From NCBI RefSeq assembly GCF_000743755.1, contig NW_014569483.1:1-42151 (forward strand): a stretch of DNA of 42,151 nt, read 5' to 3'. Position numbers and translations under genes: made by a program. Under the pieces are notes generated by a model, which was not told the DNA's origin, did not search any database, and was given only the letters and a program-made list of their open reading frames with translations. Origin of the DNA: Blastocystis sp. subtype 4. Taxonomy: Eukaryota. Positions 12,413-24,695 of the stretch are shown here, one piece after another; positions within the stretch are counted from its first letter, which is position 1; the number at the start of each line of letters is the position of its first letter.

Positions 12413-13597
12413 ATGAGTAATCCTCAACAGGAGAATGAGGAAGAATACGTACCTCCAGGCAAACGACTTGTGACTCCTGCAGATGTAGTTGAACTTGATC
12501 CCAACATGACTGTAGAGAATGGACGAATTTGTTTTACAAATAGGAACTATTCCATGTGGGAACTCAAGGTTGTAAAGTAACCCGTATTGATGGAATTGAT
12601 CACTTGACCCAACTCACAGTAACTCTATTGACTATCGATGAACTGTAGAGCATTGTGTTACGTTCTAATTTGATCCATAAGATCCAAAACATGGATCATC
12701 TCGTACAACTTGAGAAGTTGGAGTTGTACGATAATAAAATCCGTGAAATTAAGCATTTCTCTCAATTCGTGAATCTTCGGTAGGTATGTTGTTGCCTTTT
12801 GATCCTAGAGTTCTCGATTTATCGTTCAATAATATCTCTATCATTCCAGACCTTTCCGCATTAGTCCATTTGGAAGAATTGTAAGAATCCTAGTTTCTCT
12901 TCATTTGCAGTTATTTAGCAAGCAATCACATCGAAGATATGACCAATGTCTGTACACTTCCATCCTTGCGTATTTTAGATCTTGGATACAATGGAATTCG
13001 TCACATTACTGGTCTTTCTTCACTACACAACTTGAGACAATTATATTTGGGTCGTAATAAGATTGAAGAGATTCAAGGATTGGAGGGGTTATCTCTTCGT
13101 GTTCTGGATTTACAAAGTAATCGGATTCGCAGTTCGGTTGGATTGAAATCGCTGGTATCGTTAGAAGAGTTATATTTGGCATATAATGGAATTACAGAGA
13201 TGAGTGAAGTTGATACTCTTACAAATGTGAACACGTTGGATTTGACTCATAATTACTTGACAAATACGATAGGATTTGAAGGGTTCATTTCAGTTGAGTT
13301 TTTGTGGGTATGATGTGATTTGCCTTTCTGATCTAGTTATCCCAGAACAAGATCGACTCATTTGAATCATTAAGTGTGTTGTCGACACTTTCAAAGCAAT
13401 ATGGAAAGTGATGTTCGGGAATTGTGATTGAGCTATAGATTGGAGACACTGTATCTGGAACACACTCCACTATATGAGAAACCTAATTATCGAGAGGAAT
13501 GTCTGGCTCTGCTTCCATCAGTCAAGCAGCTTGATATATCCTTATGAATATGATAGAATGAATTCTTAACGATGAGTCGTATGCAACAAGAAGATAA
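12413..13597 (+). CDS. SDS22: SDS22/PPP1R7-like leucine-rich repeat PP1 regulator
   Basis: SDS22-class LRRs (LELYDNKI, LYLGRNKIEEIQGL, LDLQSNRI, LYLEH) and LRR cap YREECLALLPSVKQLD. The end is 13597 if the AT-AG intron is spliced, otherwise TGA at 13547. Confidence 0.85.
13536..13576 (+). other. Putative U12-type intron, AT-AG, 41 nt
   Basis: Starts ATATCCTT, has a branch-like TTCTTAAC, ends GATGAG. Splicing gives KQLD|SYATRR*, similar to the usual SDS22 tail. Confidence 0.7.
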
Positions 13598-13606
13598 TAA
13601 GAGATT

Positions 13607-14792
13607 TTAAACATTTGTTTGTTTGGTAGCTTTCTTTTTCAAATTTCTCCATTTATCCTACACTCATACACTCTTTTCATTCTTACTTTGATTTCAACAT
13701 TTGTTCTCGAAGTGAGATGCATGATACGACGAATATCAGTCCAACGTCCTTCTCCATACGTATTCACACCCTTAATCAACCGTTCTTCCTCCTCAAGAGT
13801 CCAACGTATTCGTTTCTTTGATAAACGAGGTACTTCGTATTGAACTTGAGGAGGATGGCTGTTAACTGGCTTTAAAATCGAAGGAAACGAAACTGTTTCG
13901 ACGAAACTATCTTCAGACACAGATGAAGGATTCACTTGTTCTCTTAGCATCAACAAGGATGTCAACATGTACTTGGCTTCGACCGTATGCTCTGGAGACC
14001 CTTGTTGAACCTTCTGAATAACCTCTGAAACTTTGCATCGGCATTTCTAAACATAACAACTCCATCATGTTAACACCTTTTCAAGAATGCACAAACCACA
14101 AGTTAGATCCTCCATTCTTTCAATCATTTCAGAAACCTTTCGCTTCTTCTTTTCAATAGTAAGTAAATCCAAAAGGGTAGATCTCTAGTCATGAACGCAC
14201 AGTAATGAAAAAACCTCTTCATTATCCTTGTTTTTGTTCAACAGAAGAGTAATGTACTGGTTGTATCCCGAAGACTCTGTATCTAGACATGCATGTCTTC
14301 TTTCACTCTTACTATGATCAAAAAGAACAGAGAGAATATCCTTTAATGTATCTTCGTTCTTCGAAGCCTGAAAAGAAACAGCCTAAAGTCCATTCACCCA
14401 AACGAACGAACAACAATAATATCTCGTACACAGCTCCAGAAATACTCTGTATCAACTGTAGAATGGTCAGCTTGGTTATACTAGTATGAATCCATGCAGG
14501 AACAAGTCCTACTAGCACAGAAATATCTTCGAACACCTTTTTAAAGTCACCTTTGGAATTTAATGTAGAAATCTAGAGATTAAGGAACACAGTGAGTCAA
14601 GACATCTTTATCGGCTTGATAGAACAGTCTCCGTAATGTAATCATTGTTTTCAACTCGTCATCGGACTTTAAACTCGAAAGGACATCAATAGATTCAAAA
14701 TCTAATTCTCATGTGTTTCGGCTTCTCTAACAATCCACAGCTTTTACAATCCTTTCTTTCAAGCAGTATTCATAGCAAATGATAGGATCCAT
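13607..14792 (-). CDS. Protein with a C-terminal telobox-type Myb domain (TRF-like telomere-binding candidate)
   Basis: KRIRWTLEEEERLIKGVNTYGEGRWTDI..RTNVEIK|DKWRNLKK is the TRF/telobox signature. Upstream exons are linked by ~30-nt introns. Confidence 0.75.
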
Positions 14793-14842
14793 TGATTGTG
14801 TATGAGTATTGTCAAGAACGTTTGATTTTATCAACAAACATT

Positions 14843-15686
14843 CTATTTCCCAAAACGACGATTCCTACGAGCAATTTCCATAAGAGCTTTTCGTAGTTCA
14901 ACACAAGTGAAATCTGGCCAAAATGAATCTACCACAAAGATTTCAGCATAGGAAATCTGCCAAAGAAGGAAATTGCTAATGCGATGTTCCCCTCCCGTTC
15001 GAATTACAACATCTACAGGAGAATCACCAGTTGAAAGATTGGCTGCGATTTGATTTGCCATTTCTTCCACTGTACTTATAGAAGGAGTTTCATCTAAAAG
15101 ACACTGCATTCGGGTATTCTGCACGATTTTCATACAACTCTGAGCGATGTCCCACTGACCACTGTAATCTAAACAGACATTCACAAGGAGCAAAGAATTG
15201 TTCTTTGATTCCTTCTCCAGCTTTTCCATCTTCTGGAGCAATTCCCTCGATAAACGATCGCTTGAGAATGAAGATTAACCAGACTTAAATCATCAAGGAT
15301 ATGTCTCCCAATAAACCGTAGTCGTACTTGATTGTATATACTTTCTTTATCATTTTTCATTGTTTTGATCACTTCATCTGTGTAAAGAGCAAACAATGAC
15401 ATCAAATCGCTCACCTATCCCATCATTCATCATTTCAGCAAGAACCTCTCGCTCTGTTCGGTTCCAGTTCTCACACGAGAAGGCGTAAACTGTGTATTCT
15501 TTAATTCCAAGTTCACAGCACCATTTAACAGACTCTCGAAACACTTCAGATCCCTTTTTATGCCCTTCTATCACATCTAAGCCATGTTTCTTTGCCCATC
15601 TCCGATTCCCATCCATGATGATAGCGACATGATTCTAGGTTAGAACATTGGATTAATTGTACAAAAGGGATTGTTTCATCAGTCAT
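14843..15686 (-). CDS. cis-prenyltransferase (UppS-like homomeric type)
   Basis: HVAIIMDGNRRWA, YAFSCENWNR, RTGGEHRISNFLLWQ, FWPDF and C-terminal RRFGK. Confidence 0.9.
15262..15302 (-). other. Putative U12-type intron, AT-AA, 41 nt
   Basis: ATATCCTT...ATCTTCATTCTCAA. Removing it joins two frames into RFIGRRDRLSRELL. Confidence 0.7.
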
Positions 15687-15843
15687 CTTGCTGTGATTGT
15701 TGAGAATGATCGAGAAGGAATTCCCGCGGGAGTCAGTACTATCAATGAGAGGACATCCCACTCACTAGGATCGATCTACTATCGTTTCAATAACTCTATA
15801 ATGATTCATTACACTCAAGATGGTTAAACAACAAACATGACTA

Positions 15844-16563
15844 CTAATCCAAGTCAATACCTCGATCCTTCAACAACTCTGTAACATCACGATTTCTATC
15901 TTTGGTCATTTGAACATATTCGTCAAACGATAAGAATCCTTTTTCAGTTTGATAACGAGTCAGTTCAATCGAATCCAACAATTGACTATACATCATTCAA
16001 TAGATCTATTCCGTACTCGGTGAAGAAATATCCTGCTTTTGCAACCAGATACTTCAAGGTTGTCAATTGGTCCCAACCCTCTTCAGAAGCGACTTCAGGA
16101 AGGAATGTAGCACTGAAAGATTGGTCTTCGACCTCGAAATCGATCATAATGCCGTGTTTACCCACTTCCCAATCCAAAGGATTTCGAGCCTTTTCAAAGG
16201 AATGAAGTAGAGATACTTCGCATTCGAGATGAGGCACTTCTTCCAACATTACCGGACGGAATCGGTCATCTCTAAAAGCACTAACTAGAAATACTACAAT
16301 CCAAAGACTACCTGTACAGTGCATATGTTCGCATATTCTCTAAGGAGATTGGAGCCAAGCAGCCAATACATCCTCGAAGTGATTTCTTTGTTCCTTTGAC
16401 CTTGTGGAAGGTTACAAAAATGCCACTACAACATAACAGAGTCTAGATTAACCAACTATTTTAACGATGTGTCAAACTCCGGTGTAGCAAGGGGATATCC
16501 TGAAAGACGGTTGATGATGACATCAAAACAGTACATCATCATTTCTTTCTTGACAACAGACAT
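15844..16563 (-). CDS. AMMECR1: AMMECR1-domain protein
   Basis: MMMYCFD, GIFVTF, LRGCIG, SAFRDDRF, DWEVGKHGI, ATFLPEVASEEGWD and LTRYQ. Confidence 0.9.
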
Positions 16564-16585
16564 GGTTATATAATTCTTTATTTGG

Positions 16586-17999
16586 ATGGAAGACTATCGG
16601 AAAAAGGAGGAAAAGAAACTTTTAGATGCTGTCAAGTGTAATCCTGTAAGAATGAAAAGACGAAGTGAAGTGATAGCCCGATATTGCCTTCCTTAAGAAC
16701 AGAGTGTGGTTAGAAGTGTTTGATTGTCTGTAGATCTGATTGGTATAGAAAGGATTAATGACGTTTCAAGTGAGGAAGGTGGCATGGCTTTTGTTCATTG
16801 GAGCAGATCCAGAGAATATTCTTCAATGTCCAAGTTATTTCAATGATTAGAAATGATGAATAGCCTATGAAGAAGCCTATCGTGATGATCATCAGATTGA
16901 AGTAGATGTGAATCGTAGTTTTGTGTGAGGAAGTATGAATATGCGTCATTTGTAGACATTTTAAAGAATCGAAGAAGATGAGTAATGAAGACTTGTTGTC
17001 TCTGTATGGTTTGTTTCATTTCTAGGATAGTGCATCGAAGAGATTTGACAATTTTGATTCGATCTCTACTAATCGAACACCCGTCAATGCACTATTATCA
17101 AGGATTTCATGACATCGTTGAGTTTCTTATGATCTACAGCAAATTTAATCTCAATTGGACATACACTATTATGAAACAGTTGATGGAATCCTATTTGAAG
17201 TTTAATTGTGTCGTTGTAGTGATATAGTAGAGATTTCATGACTCCAAATCTTACCGAAGTCGAAAAATTACTCCAATTGGTGTATCCAATTTTGAATCTT
17301 CGATGTCCTGAATTGATTCCAGTTTTGAAGAATCCAGTAGATTTTGTTCATTCAATTGATTGTAGGATAAGATACCTGTGGTGATTCTTCCATGGATTTT
17401 GACCTTGTACGAATTTATTCTGATTATCTCATTTAGATTCTCACACTCCTTATCTTCAATTTATGAAGTGGCTCGTTTGTTTGACGTGATGTTACTTCAT
17501 CCGATCCTTTCTCTTTATGTTGCTTCTTCTGTTTTAATTTGTTTTGCTAATGATTTCAAGGTTGTTTTGCATTTTAAGTCAGAGTTGTTGTCATCTGCCG
17601 AGGATCGATCTGCTGTGTACTCGATTCTGAACGTTTGTTTTGTTGTATTTTGATTCTCTCTAGACATTAGGTTCTCAGTCTCTTCCACTTGAGAAGATCA
17701 TCCGTAGGAGATGATTAGAATGATTGATAGTAGGTGACACACAGTACTTCTATATCTCGATTCCTCCTTCAAGTGCGTTGAAAAGAGCGCAGAAAGAAGG
17801 TATTGATATTTCTAGCGAGTTGATTTCCCATCTGTCTCTTGACGTAGTTCAATGGTGCGAATGAAGAATGAAGAACCCAGAGTTAGACGTCGTAGGGATG
17901 AGTAAAGGAGTTGAATCATAGAGACACTTCAAACTGTGGGTTTATTGGTAACGGCAATGAGTGTTGCGTTTGTTGCAGTGATTGGAGCGATGCGATCCT
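16586..17999 (+). CDS. TBC-domain Rab GAP, TBC1D20/Gyp8-like, with a C-terminal membrane anchor; stop probably completed by poly(A)
   Basis: IEVDVNRS, HYYQGFHDI, ILPWILT and hydrophobic tail VGLLVTAMSVAFVAVIGAMRS + T at 17999, 4 nt before TGTTTGTA. Confidence 0.8.
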
Positions 18000-18026
18000 C
18001 CTTTGTTTGTAAAGAAACACTAACCA

Positions 18027-19685
18027 TCAAATTGTATCCATCTTAAGTGAATGTAGCATCATCGAAGCATCTATGGTTCTCTATTCATTGACTCATTGTA
18101 ACTCACATACTCGAGGAATAGGGATCCTGGAGTTCTTCTCATACTACTTGTCAGTCTAGTTTATCACTCTTACTTCGGGTTTATCAACTCTTTCAACTAA
18201 GCTATTACGTGTCGACAGACTCTGAAGCATTGGATATCGTTCTACCATTGGTAATGGCAGTTTCGATCGACCTTGTTTTATCACCACTGGAAGTTATTCA
18301 ACTCGATTTCAACTACTATCAAACGGTTGGAATTGTGTGGATAGTGAGATTCTCGGATTCTGAACAGGACTGAATTGAGGTGATCTGGATCGGTTCTGTG
18401 TTAAATTCTTCTCTTGAACGGGCTTTTGTGAGATAAGTGTTGGTTTGGTGGTTCGTGGGAGGGTTTGAGATGCTGCCAGATATCGACTCTTCATACCTGC
18501 TTGCTGAGACGAATAAGGCAAGTGTGATTGAATGGAAGGTAATCTATTCTGAGTCGTAGGCAGTTTATTCTGAGTGGTGGATGGTTTGACTTTGCTAGGT
18601 GATTTGGTCTGAGCATTGAGTGACTTGCTTTGAGACTGAACAGTGGATGACTTGATCTGAGCACTCAACCCCTTGCCTTGTAGTGAGGATGGGTTTGGTA
18701 CTGATGACTTGACAGAGCCAATAAGACGAGATGTAGGACGAGGAACCGAATGTATTCGAGGTGAGGATACTTGACGGGGAGCTACTTTCGGTTTCTCCTG
18801 TTTCCACTGTTCTTCTAATTCCACTAATATTTTCATCAATTCAAATCGTTCAATGGAGGGAGGATCATCAATAATCGAAGGGAGACCAAATTCCTCATTC
18901 GAGTTGTCTGAACATGTGATGTCCTTGTCCACTTCGGAAACAACTGTTTCTGTTGCAGATTCAGCAATTTGGGAAGACTCTTCTTTCTCCAATTCTTGTT
19001 TCAATTGGATTCGTAACAATTCCCTCTCTTCCTCTGTTACCATTTTTGAATTCTTCCTTCGATTAGGACTGAATGGTGAACCTTGTGTGATACGAGGAGT
19101 ATAAGAGTACGAAGACGGTTTCGGTTCTGCACTTTTCCATTTATCATAATTCGTTACTATTCATAAACCATTCATTCAATCATTACCTAGTGACCGCAAA
19201 TTCTGAATTGTAAGGTCATTCACTATACTTCGATTCAATACTACACGCAAAAAAGCCATGCAACAATCAAGTAGATCTTCAACCTAGCAATGATGGATAT
19301 TATTTAAACCTACAGTACCATTTGAGAAGAGATGAATGGATATGATCTTATCTTCACTGACTCCTAGTTGTCGACAGCCAGATGCAAAGGAAGTTATGTT
19401 ACAATTCTGAAGCGTTAAAACGTCACCTAGTTTCAATCCTTCTCTCTATATCTCACCTGGAACTGCGAACCATTTGGGAAGATGCATATCAGGAACCAAT
19501 TTTTTGAAAAGTGAACACAGAATCTACCTTGAACCCCCTTTTCTATTCCTTACAACACCATTCCGCAATGATGATAGTAAATTCATATCTGCATCCATTT
19601 CGAGTTCATCCGCAATGAAACTTACGAAATCACATCGGATTGCCTAATCTTATCAAATCCACTTCATCGCTACAATAGAATTCAT
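18027..19685 (-). CDS. Calponin-homology domain protein with a long S/P/Q/T-rich C-terminal region
   Basis: Spliced N-terminus SSLRNGV|ILCSL...NITSFASGCRQLGV is a CH-domain pattern. It includes ORF 18309-19043. The last exons are inferred. Confidence 0.65.
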
Positions 19686-19786
19686 TAGAAATGAATCTGA
19701 TGGTCAGTATGGGTGTATTCTTATGAGTTCTGTTATCAAGAAAATCATGCCTTTTTTGGCCACTTTGAGTTGCTTGTTTATTTCAA

Positions 19787-21642
19787 ATGGAGGAACAGGA
19801 AGATGCGTTGAAAACGTTAGAGGAGATTGTTAATTCCATGGAGAAGGAGATTACGACGAACAAAGTATCGTTTTGTTTCATTTCTTATTCTTTCGATTGC
19901 TTTTGAAGCTGTGATTAAACAGTGTTATGAGAAATTTCATCGATCTTGTCAGAATCCTGATTCTGTTATGCTTGAGTATATGAAGCTTCAAAATGAGTTT
20001 TCACGTGTATCTGAAGTGGCAAAAGAGGAAGTACGATAGTTTTGAGCGAATCCAATGTAGCTAAAGAAAAGTGCTAATGCGAGTGAGTTAGTGGCTCGAC
20101 ATAATTCTATTTTGAAACGGCTGGAAAATGCTTCCATTCTATTATCTGCAGTATCTGAATATCGAACTGTGTATGAAGGTTGTTTGGCAATCGAATTGTC
20201 GTTATCAAACGGTGATCTACAGAGTGCAGTGAATACAATTGTATCCAATCGTGCTAGTTTAAAAACTCTGCAGCAACAAGAGCATGCGAATGATCAACTG
20301 ATTTCTCTTTTGCAACGAGCAACCAACCGGAAATTTGTGCGTGTTCAAAATCTTCTCTCTCAGCAACTTCATTCATGTATTCACATTTCTCCATCCTCCC
20401 TGGTGATTCAGAATGATTCCACTCTTCGTTCGCTTCTTCAAATGTTACATATACTGGATCTTACGGAAGAAGTTCTCAATCCTGTTCTTCTCGAATTCGC
20501 TCATTTCATCAAACAGAATCTGATGTCTCCTTCGGAATTGGTTGTGGGTGAGAATGAATTGAAAGTTTTGACAAATCAAACCACTTCATCGCGATATGCC
20601 ACCACATTGCAAATGCTTCTCTTCCTTCTGGATCACTTCTTCTATCTCGATTCTTCTCTTATTGAACCATTCCAAGAATGCATTTACGAACCACTAGAGA
20701 CAGAGATTCTCCGTCAGATTCAACTTTCTCTTCCTACAACGATTGTTGAAATTACACAAACTCGAGAGAGTTTGCGACCTGTTGCTCTTTTCACTGTATG
20801 TAACTAATAGGCATTGGAAATTGAAGCTACACTTCAAGAACGGCATTTTGTGGAGGAGGACCATCATCCCATTCGGGATTGTCTTTCGCAATTAGAGGAA
20901 CATTGGTGTGAAAGCCACATTGAATCGATTCTTGGTTCTTGTCGAGAGGTTCTACTGCGATCTGAATCAGAGTGGATTCAATATGATGTTCATGAAGATG
21001 ATAATGGTGAATATGGATTTGAAGTATCAGATGAAAACTTTATTGCAAAGAAATTGAATTCTTATACTAGGGTTGTGGTGAGCATTGGCATAGATGGGTG
21101 AAGGGTAGATTTCAAAACGTGCATATGATGTTACAAAGCTTCTTCATACTGTAGTGAAAGAGGTTATTACGCTGGAGTGGTAACAATTCTTGATGTTCCT
21201 GATTTGTAGTCAGATGAAGATACGAGAACGGTTATTACAATCGATTCGCGATATTCTTCTTCTATTTTTGATTAGTAAGGATTGAACTAAGAAATGACAT
21301 TAAGATGAAGTGGAGGGAGAATCTTCGTTCGATCAATCATGTGTGAATTTGAGTGATTGTACTTTTCTGATATACCAGATTACGTTAATTTCATTCAAGT
21401 ACCAAACACAATTAACATCATTCCCTCCTTTTGATTATACCTGTGTTGATTTGATTCCGAATTTTCGGAGAAAGCAGCACTTCTTTCAAGAACAGATTCT
21501 GGACTATTTAAAAGCGCAAACAGAGGTTTACAAATCTGGAAAGAAACAAGTAGATGGAACTTTAGAGGAGTACTTGGCTCCCTATGTTAAGAAACTAAAG
21601 GAAACTGTTGGAGAAGAGCAAGTAAAACAAATGAATATTTAG
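19787..21642 (+). CDS. ZW10: ZW10/Dsl1-like protein (apparently short at the C-terminus)
   Basis: Helical protein with ISKRAYDV, LLQSIRDILLLF, DCTFLIYQI and CVDLIPNFRR, resembling ZW10 FVDLVPGFRR. Confidence 0.65.
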
Positions 21643-21689
21643 AATGAGTGTTTGTTTCGTCATTCCTAATTCCATCATTATTCTTCAAG

Positions 21690-22963
21690 ATGTCTGAAAA
21701 CAATATCTGTATACTTCACGTTTTGAATATTATGTTTATGTAACAGATAGTTATTGGGTGAATCCAACGATGATTGTGGATATTGCCACAATGAAACCAC
21801 ATCAAAGTAATTCAGATATATAGCTATAACCAGTAGACTTAATATATACTTTGAATCTATGCCTTGTTCTGATTATGAAAGTACTTTCTTTCTGTTTTGT
21901 TTACTTGTAGAATTGATGCTCACGGGATGGAGGCGTTGTGGAGATCTTTTGTATCTACAGCCGGAGTATGGTGATACTGGATGTACTCTCCGTACCATTA
22001 TTCTCCCGATAGAGAAATTTCAAACAAGTCGGTCACATCGTAGAGTATGTCCACTCTGTTCTTTCTGTTTTAGGTGTTGAATCGTTTTGAACGTTTTCTT
22101 CGTGGGGAATTCGTATTGAATGGAACCAAGTTGGAGAAGTCAACTGAGTTGAAACCGCACTCTTTTCGGACGGAATTGGTACCAGCCACTAAGAATCCTT
22201 CGCAAGAGATGTTTAATTTATACAAAGAGTTCCAGAAGGATGAATTTAATGAGAATGAAGACGAAATGGAGTACAATAGTTTCTCTTTTTTTCTTGGTGA
22301 ATCCCGCATGGAACAGGACAATGATAACAAGTTGGGAACCTTTTGGTGGAATTGGTATATTGATGATGAATTGATTGCTTGTTCAGTTCTTGATATTCTC
22401 CCTTCCACCATTGTGAGGTATTTGTTAATGAGTGAATCTTAGTCTTCTGTGTACTTCCTTTACAAGACACCGTTCAAAGCATTATCGATTGGAATTCTTG
22501 CCGCTTTGAAAGAAATTGAATTGTGTCGAGAAGTGGAGTTGCATAAATCCTCCTGATTTTGTAGATGCACAAATCTGTTTACTCTTTGGGTTTGTATGTA
22601 CATGAATGTCCTCGAATGCGTTACAAGGCACAGTTCAAGGGATCCCAACTATTGTGTAATAGGACATGGAAATACTTCCCCATCGATTCTGTTAGGAAGC
22701 AATTGGATGATCATCGTAATGGATTGGAAATTGATGAGAATGTGATCGAACAGGAGAAGTCACAGAGATCTAAGTCTTCTATGGTATGTCTGTTGAATAG
22801 TCCAGTATTTGTGGATTTGGAGAAAGAGGACCTAACTGCGATAAGCGGTTATGAATTGTTTGTGTTATCGGAGACTGATGAGAATGCACAGAATGCTTGT
22901 GAAAAAATGTTGAAGTATGTTGGTACGTTACCAACTGAGTTGAAATACATTTTTGTGGTGTGA
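21690..22963 (+). CDS. ATE1: Arginyl-tRNA--protein transferase
   Basis: CGYC, LMLTGWRRCGDLLY, LIACSVLDILP, SSVYF and YSLGLYVHECPRMRYK. Confidence 0.9.
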
Positions 22964-22986
22964 ATCTGTTACTGGACAAACACAAT

Positions 22987-23929
22987 ATAATGTTGGGAAC
23001 ACATTGAAACCACTCTGATTGAACGAAGAAGGTCCATTCGATGGTTGTACAGGTGGGACTTGAGTCACTGTTGGAGGAGGTGTTGACAGCGTAGGAACCG
23101 CTGGAGGAGCAGGTGTTGAAAATGAAGGAACTTCTGGAGGAGCAGGAGTTGACATGAAAGGAACCATTGGAGGAGCAGGTGTTGGTAGCGAAGGATCTAC
23201 TGGAGCCTGAGGAGCCTGACCAAACGTTGGCACTGAACTAGCTCCTTCGATGGGGAGAACTGGTGGAATGGGGGCTTCTGTAGCAGGTACTATGATAACA
23301 TACATGTACTACTCATACTGTAAGTGATTCCTCGTCGACTGAGAATCTCAGATAACAATGAGTCAATCTCCGTAGTTGTTGGAATTGAAGGGATCAAACG
23401 AGTCGAAATACGATTATCACAACAGTTCTTCAACATAGGAATTGCATCGGCATACTTCTTTTCAAGAATATCACATATCTATGAATTAGCAGCATTTTAA
23501 TCAGGTTATTACTGGGCCCAATTCATCAACTTCCATTTTTCCTCGACATGCCAGAATGGAACCTATACAAGTTTCCATATTAGCAGGAACATTCTTTTCT
23601 GTTTGAATTACATCTATACGACTCTCAATTGTGGTAAGATACACTTGAAGGAGTTGCAAGACAAATACCATCTTCTTCTCGTTATAGAGTCCCTCAACCT
23701 AGGAATGAGAACTCACCATTACTCTAACCTGAATCTTTGCTAATTCTACTTCACCCTTCTGATAACGGTCTACTATGCTCGAAGTCAATTTAGCAATCTC
23801 TGCATTCCTTCTCTGCACAGCCTTTGAATAAGTAAAGTAAAGGAGAGATACCAGATTAATTCGTTCCTGTCCCCGAATACAAAACATTCGCAGATCATTG
23901 ACATTTATACGTTTCCCAAATCCAAACAT
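22987..23929 (-). CDS. IST1: IST1-like ESCRT-III-associated protein with a Pro-rich tail; stop probably completed by poly(A)
   Basis: ERINL..RRNAEI..GEVELAKIQVE and CIGSILAC..VDELG, then (S/P)TPAPP repeats. It ends FNVFPTL + T at 22987, 4 nt before TGTTTGTC. Confidence 0.75.
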
Positions 23930-24001
23930 GATTGAAAAATGAGTAATCAAAACTAATCAATGGAAACCGCGGTTTTGCTATGTTCAGTTTACAAACAATA
24001 C

Positions 24002-24459
24002 AGTCTTCACTATAGTTAACCTCGATTCTTTCTCCGTTCATCTGAGGGACTACCTTCGTCTGACACGCTAGATGTATCCTAGTCGGTTATTCCATCTCTC
24101 TCTGCTCACTGGGACTCCATTCGATGAACAGCCTTTAGACGAGCAATTTCCTGTTCGGATTTTGTTAATTGGTTGTCGAGGGTTGGTGAGACCTTCAGAA
24201 CACATGCTCCACATATGCAGTGACCTCCACAGAACGCTGTTCATCAATGTAACAATGAAAGATACAATGGATTGCGATGTCATGATTCGTTATTGCTGAT
24301 AACAGATTCTCTCCTTCTTCTGCAAATATATCATACTCCTCAGTTGTGAATTCATCTTCAATCAGTTTCACTTTGAAGGCCACTAGTGGTCATGTTCCTA
24401 TAGGATAGCAAACCAGACAAACTTCTTTTGAAAATGGATCGTGCAACAAATCTTTGCAT
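24002..24459 (-). CDS. Adrenodoxin-type [2Fe-2S] ferredoxin with an organellar presequence; stop probably completed by poly(A)
   Basis: Leader MQRFVARSIFKRSLS, GENLL, CGGHCICGAC (C-x5-C-x2-C) and HLACQ. It ends NYSED + T at 24002, 4 nt before TGTTTGTA. Confidence 0.85.
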
Positions 24460-24695
24460 CAGAACAGTGTAAATCAGAACGAAGCAAAAAGCGGCATCAT
24501 GGTTGACAATCAGGTGGAGTGAGTTGATAGTATTGAAATAACATTCACAGCGTCGAAACAAACTTGGCAAATACAAGATGATCAACTAGTAATCACATCA
24601 AATTGACATCTACCCATCTTTCCAACAAACAAATTGAATGAAAACTCAAAAAGAAGAAATCAAAATACGAAAATAAGCCCCATTTCGAAGGAGCC

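Noticed and set aside
24150..24200. Apparent frameshift in the ferredoxin
   Set aside because: On rereading, the frame is continuous (VSPTLDNQLTKSEQE) once the flanking introns are removed.
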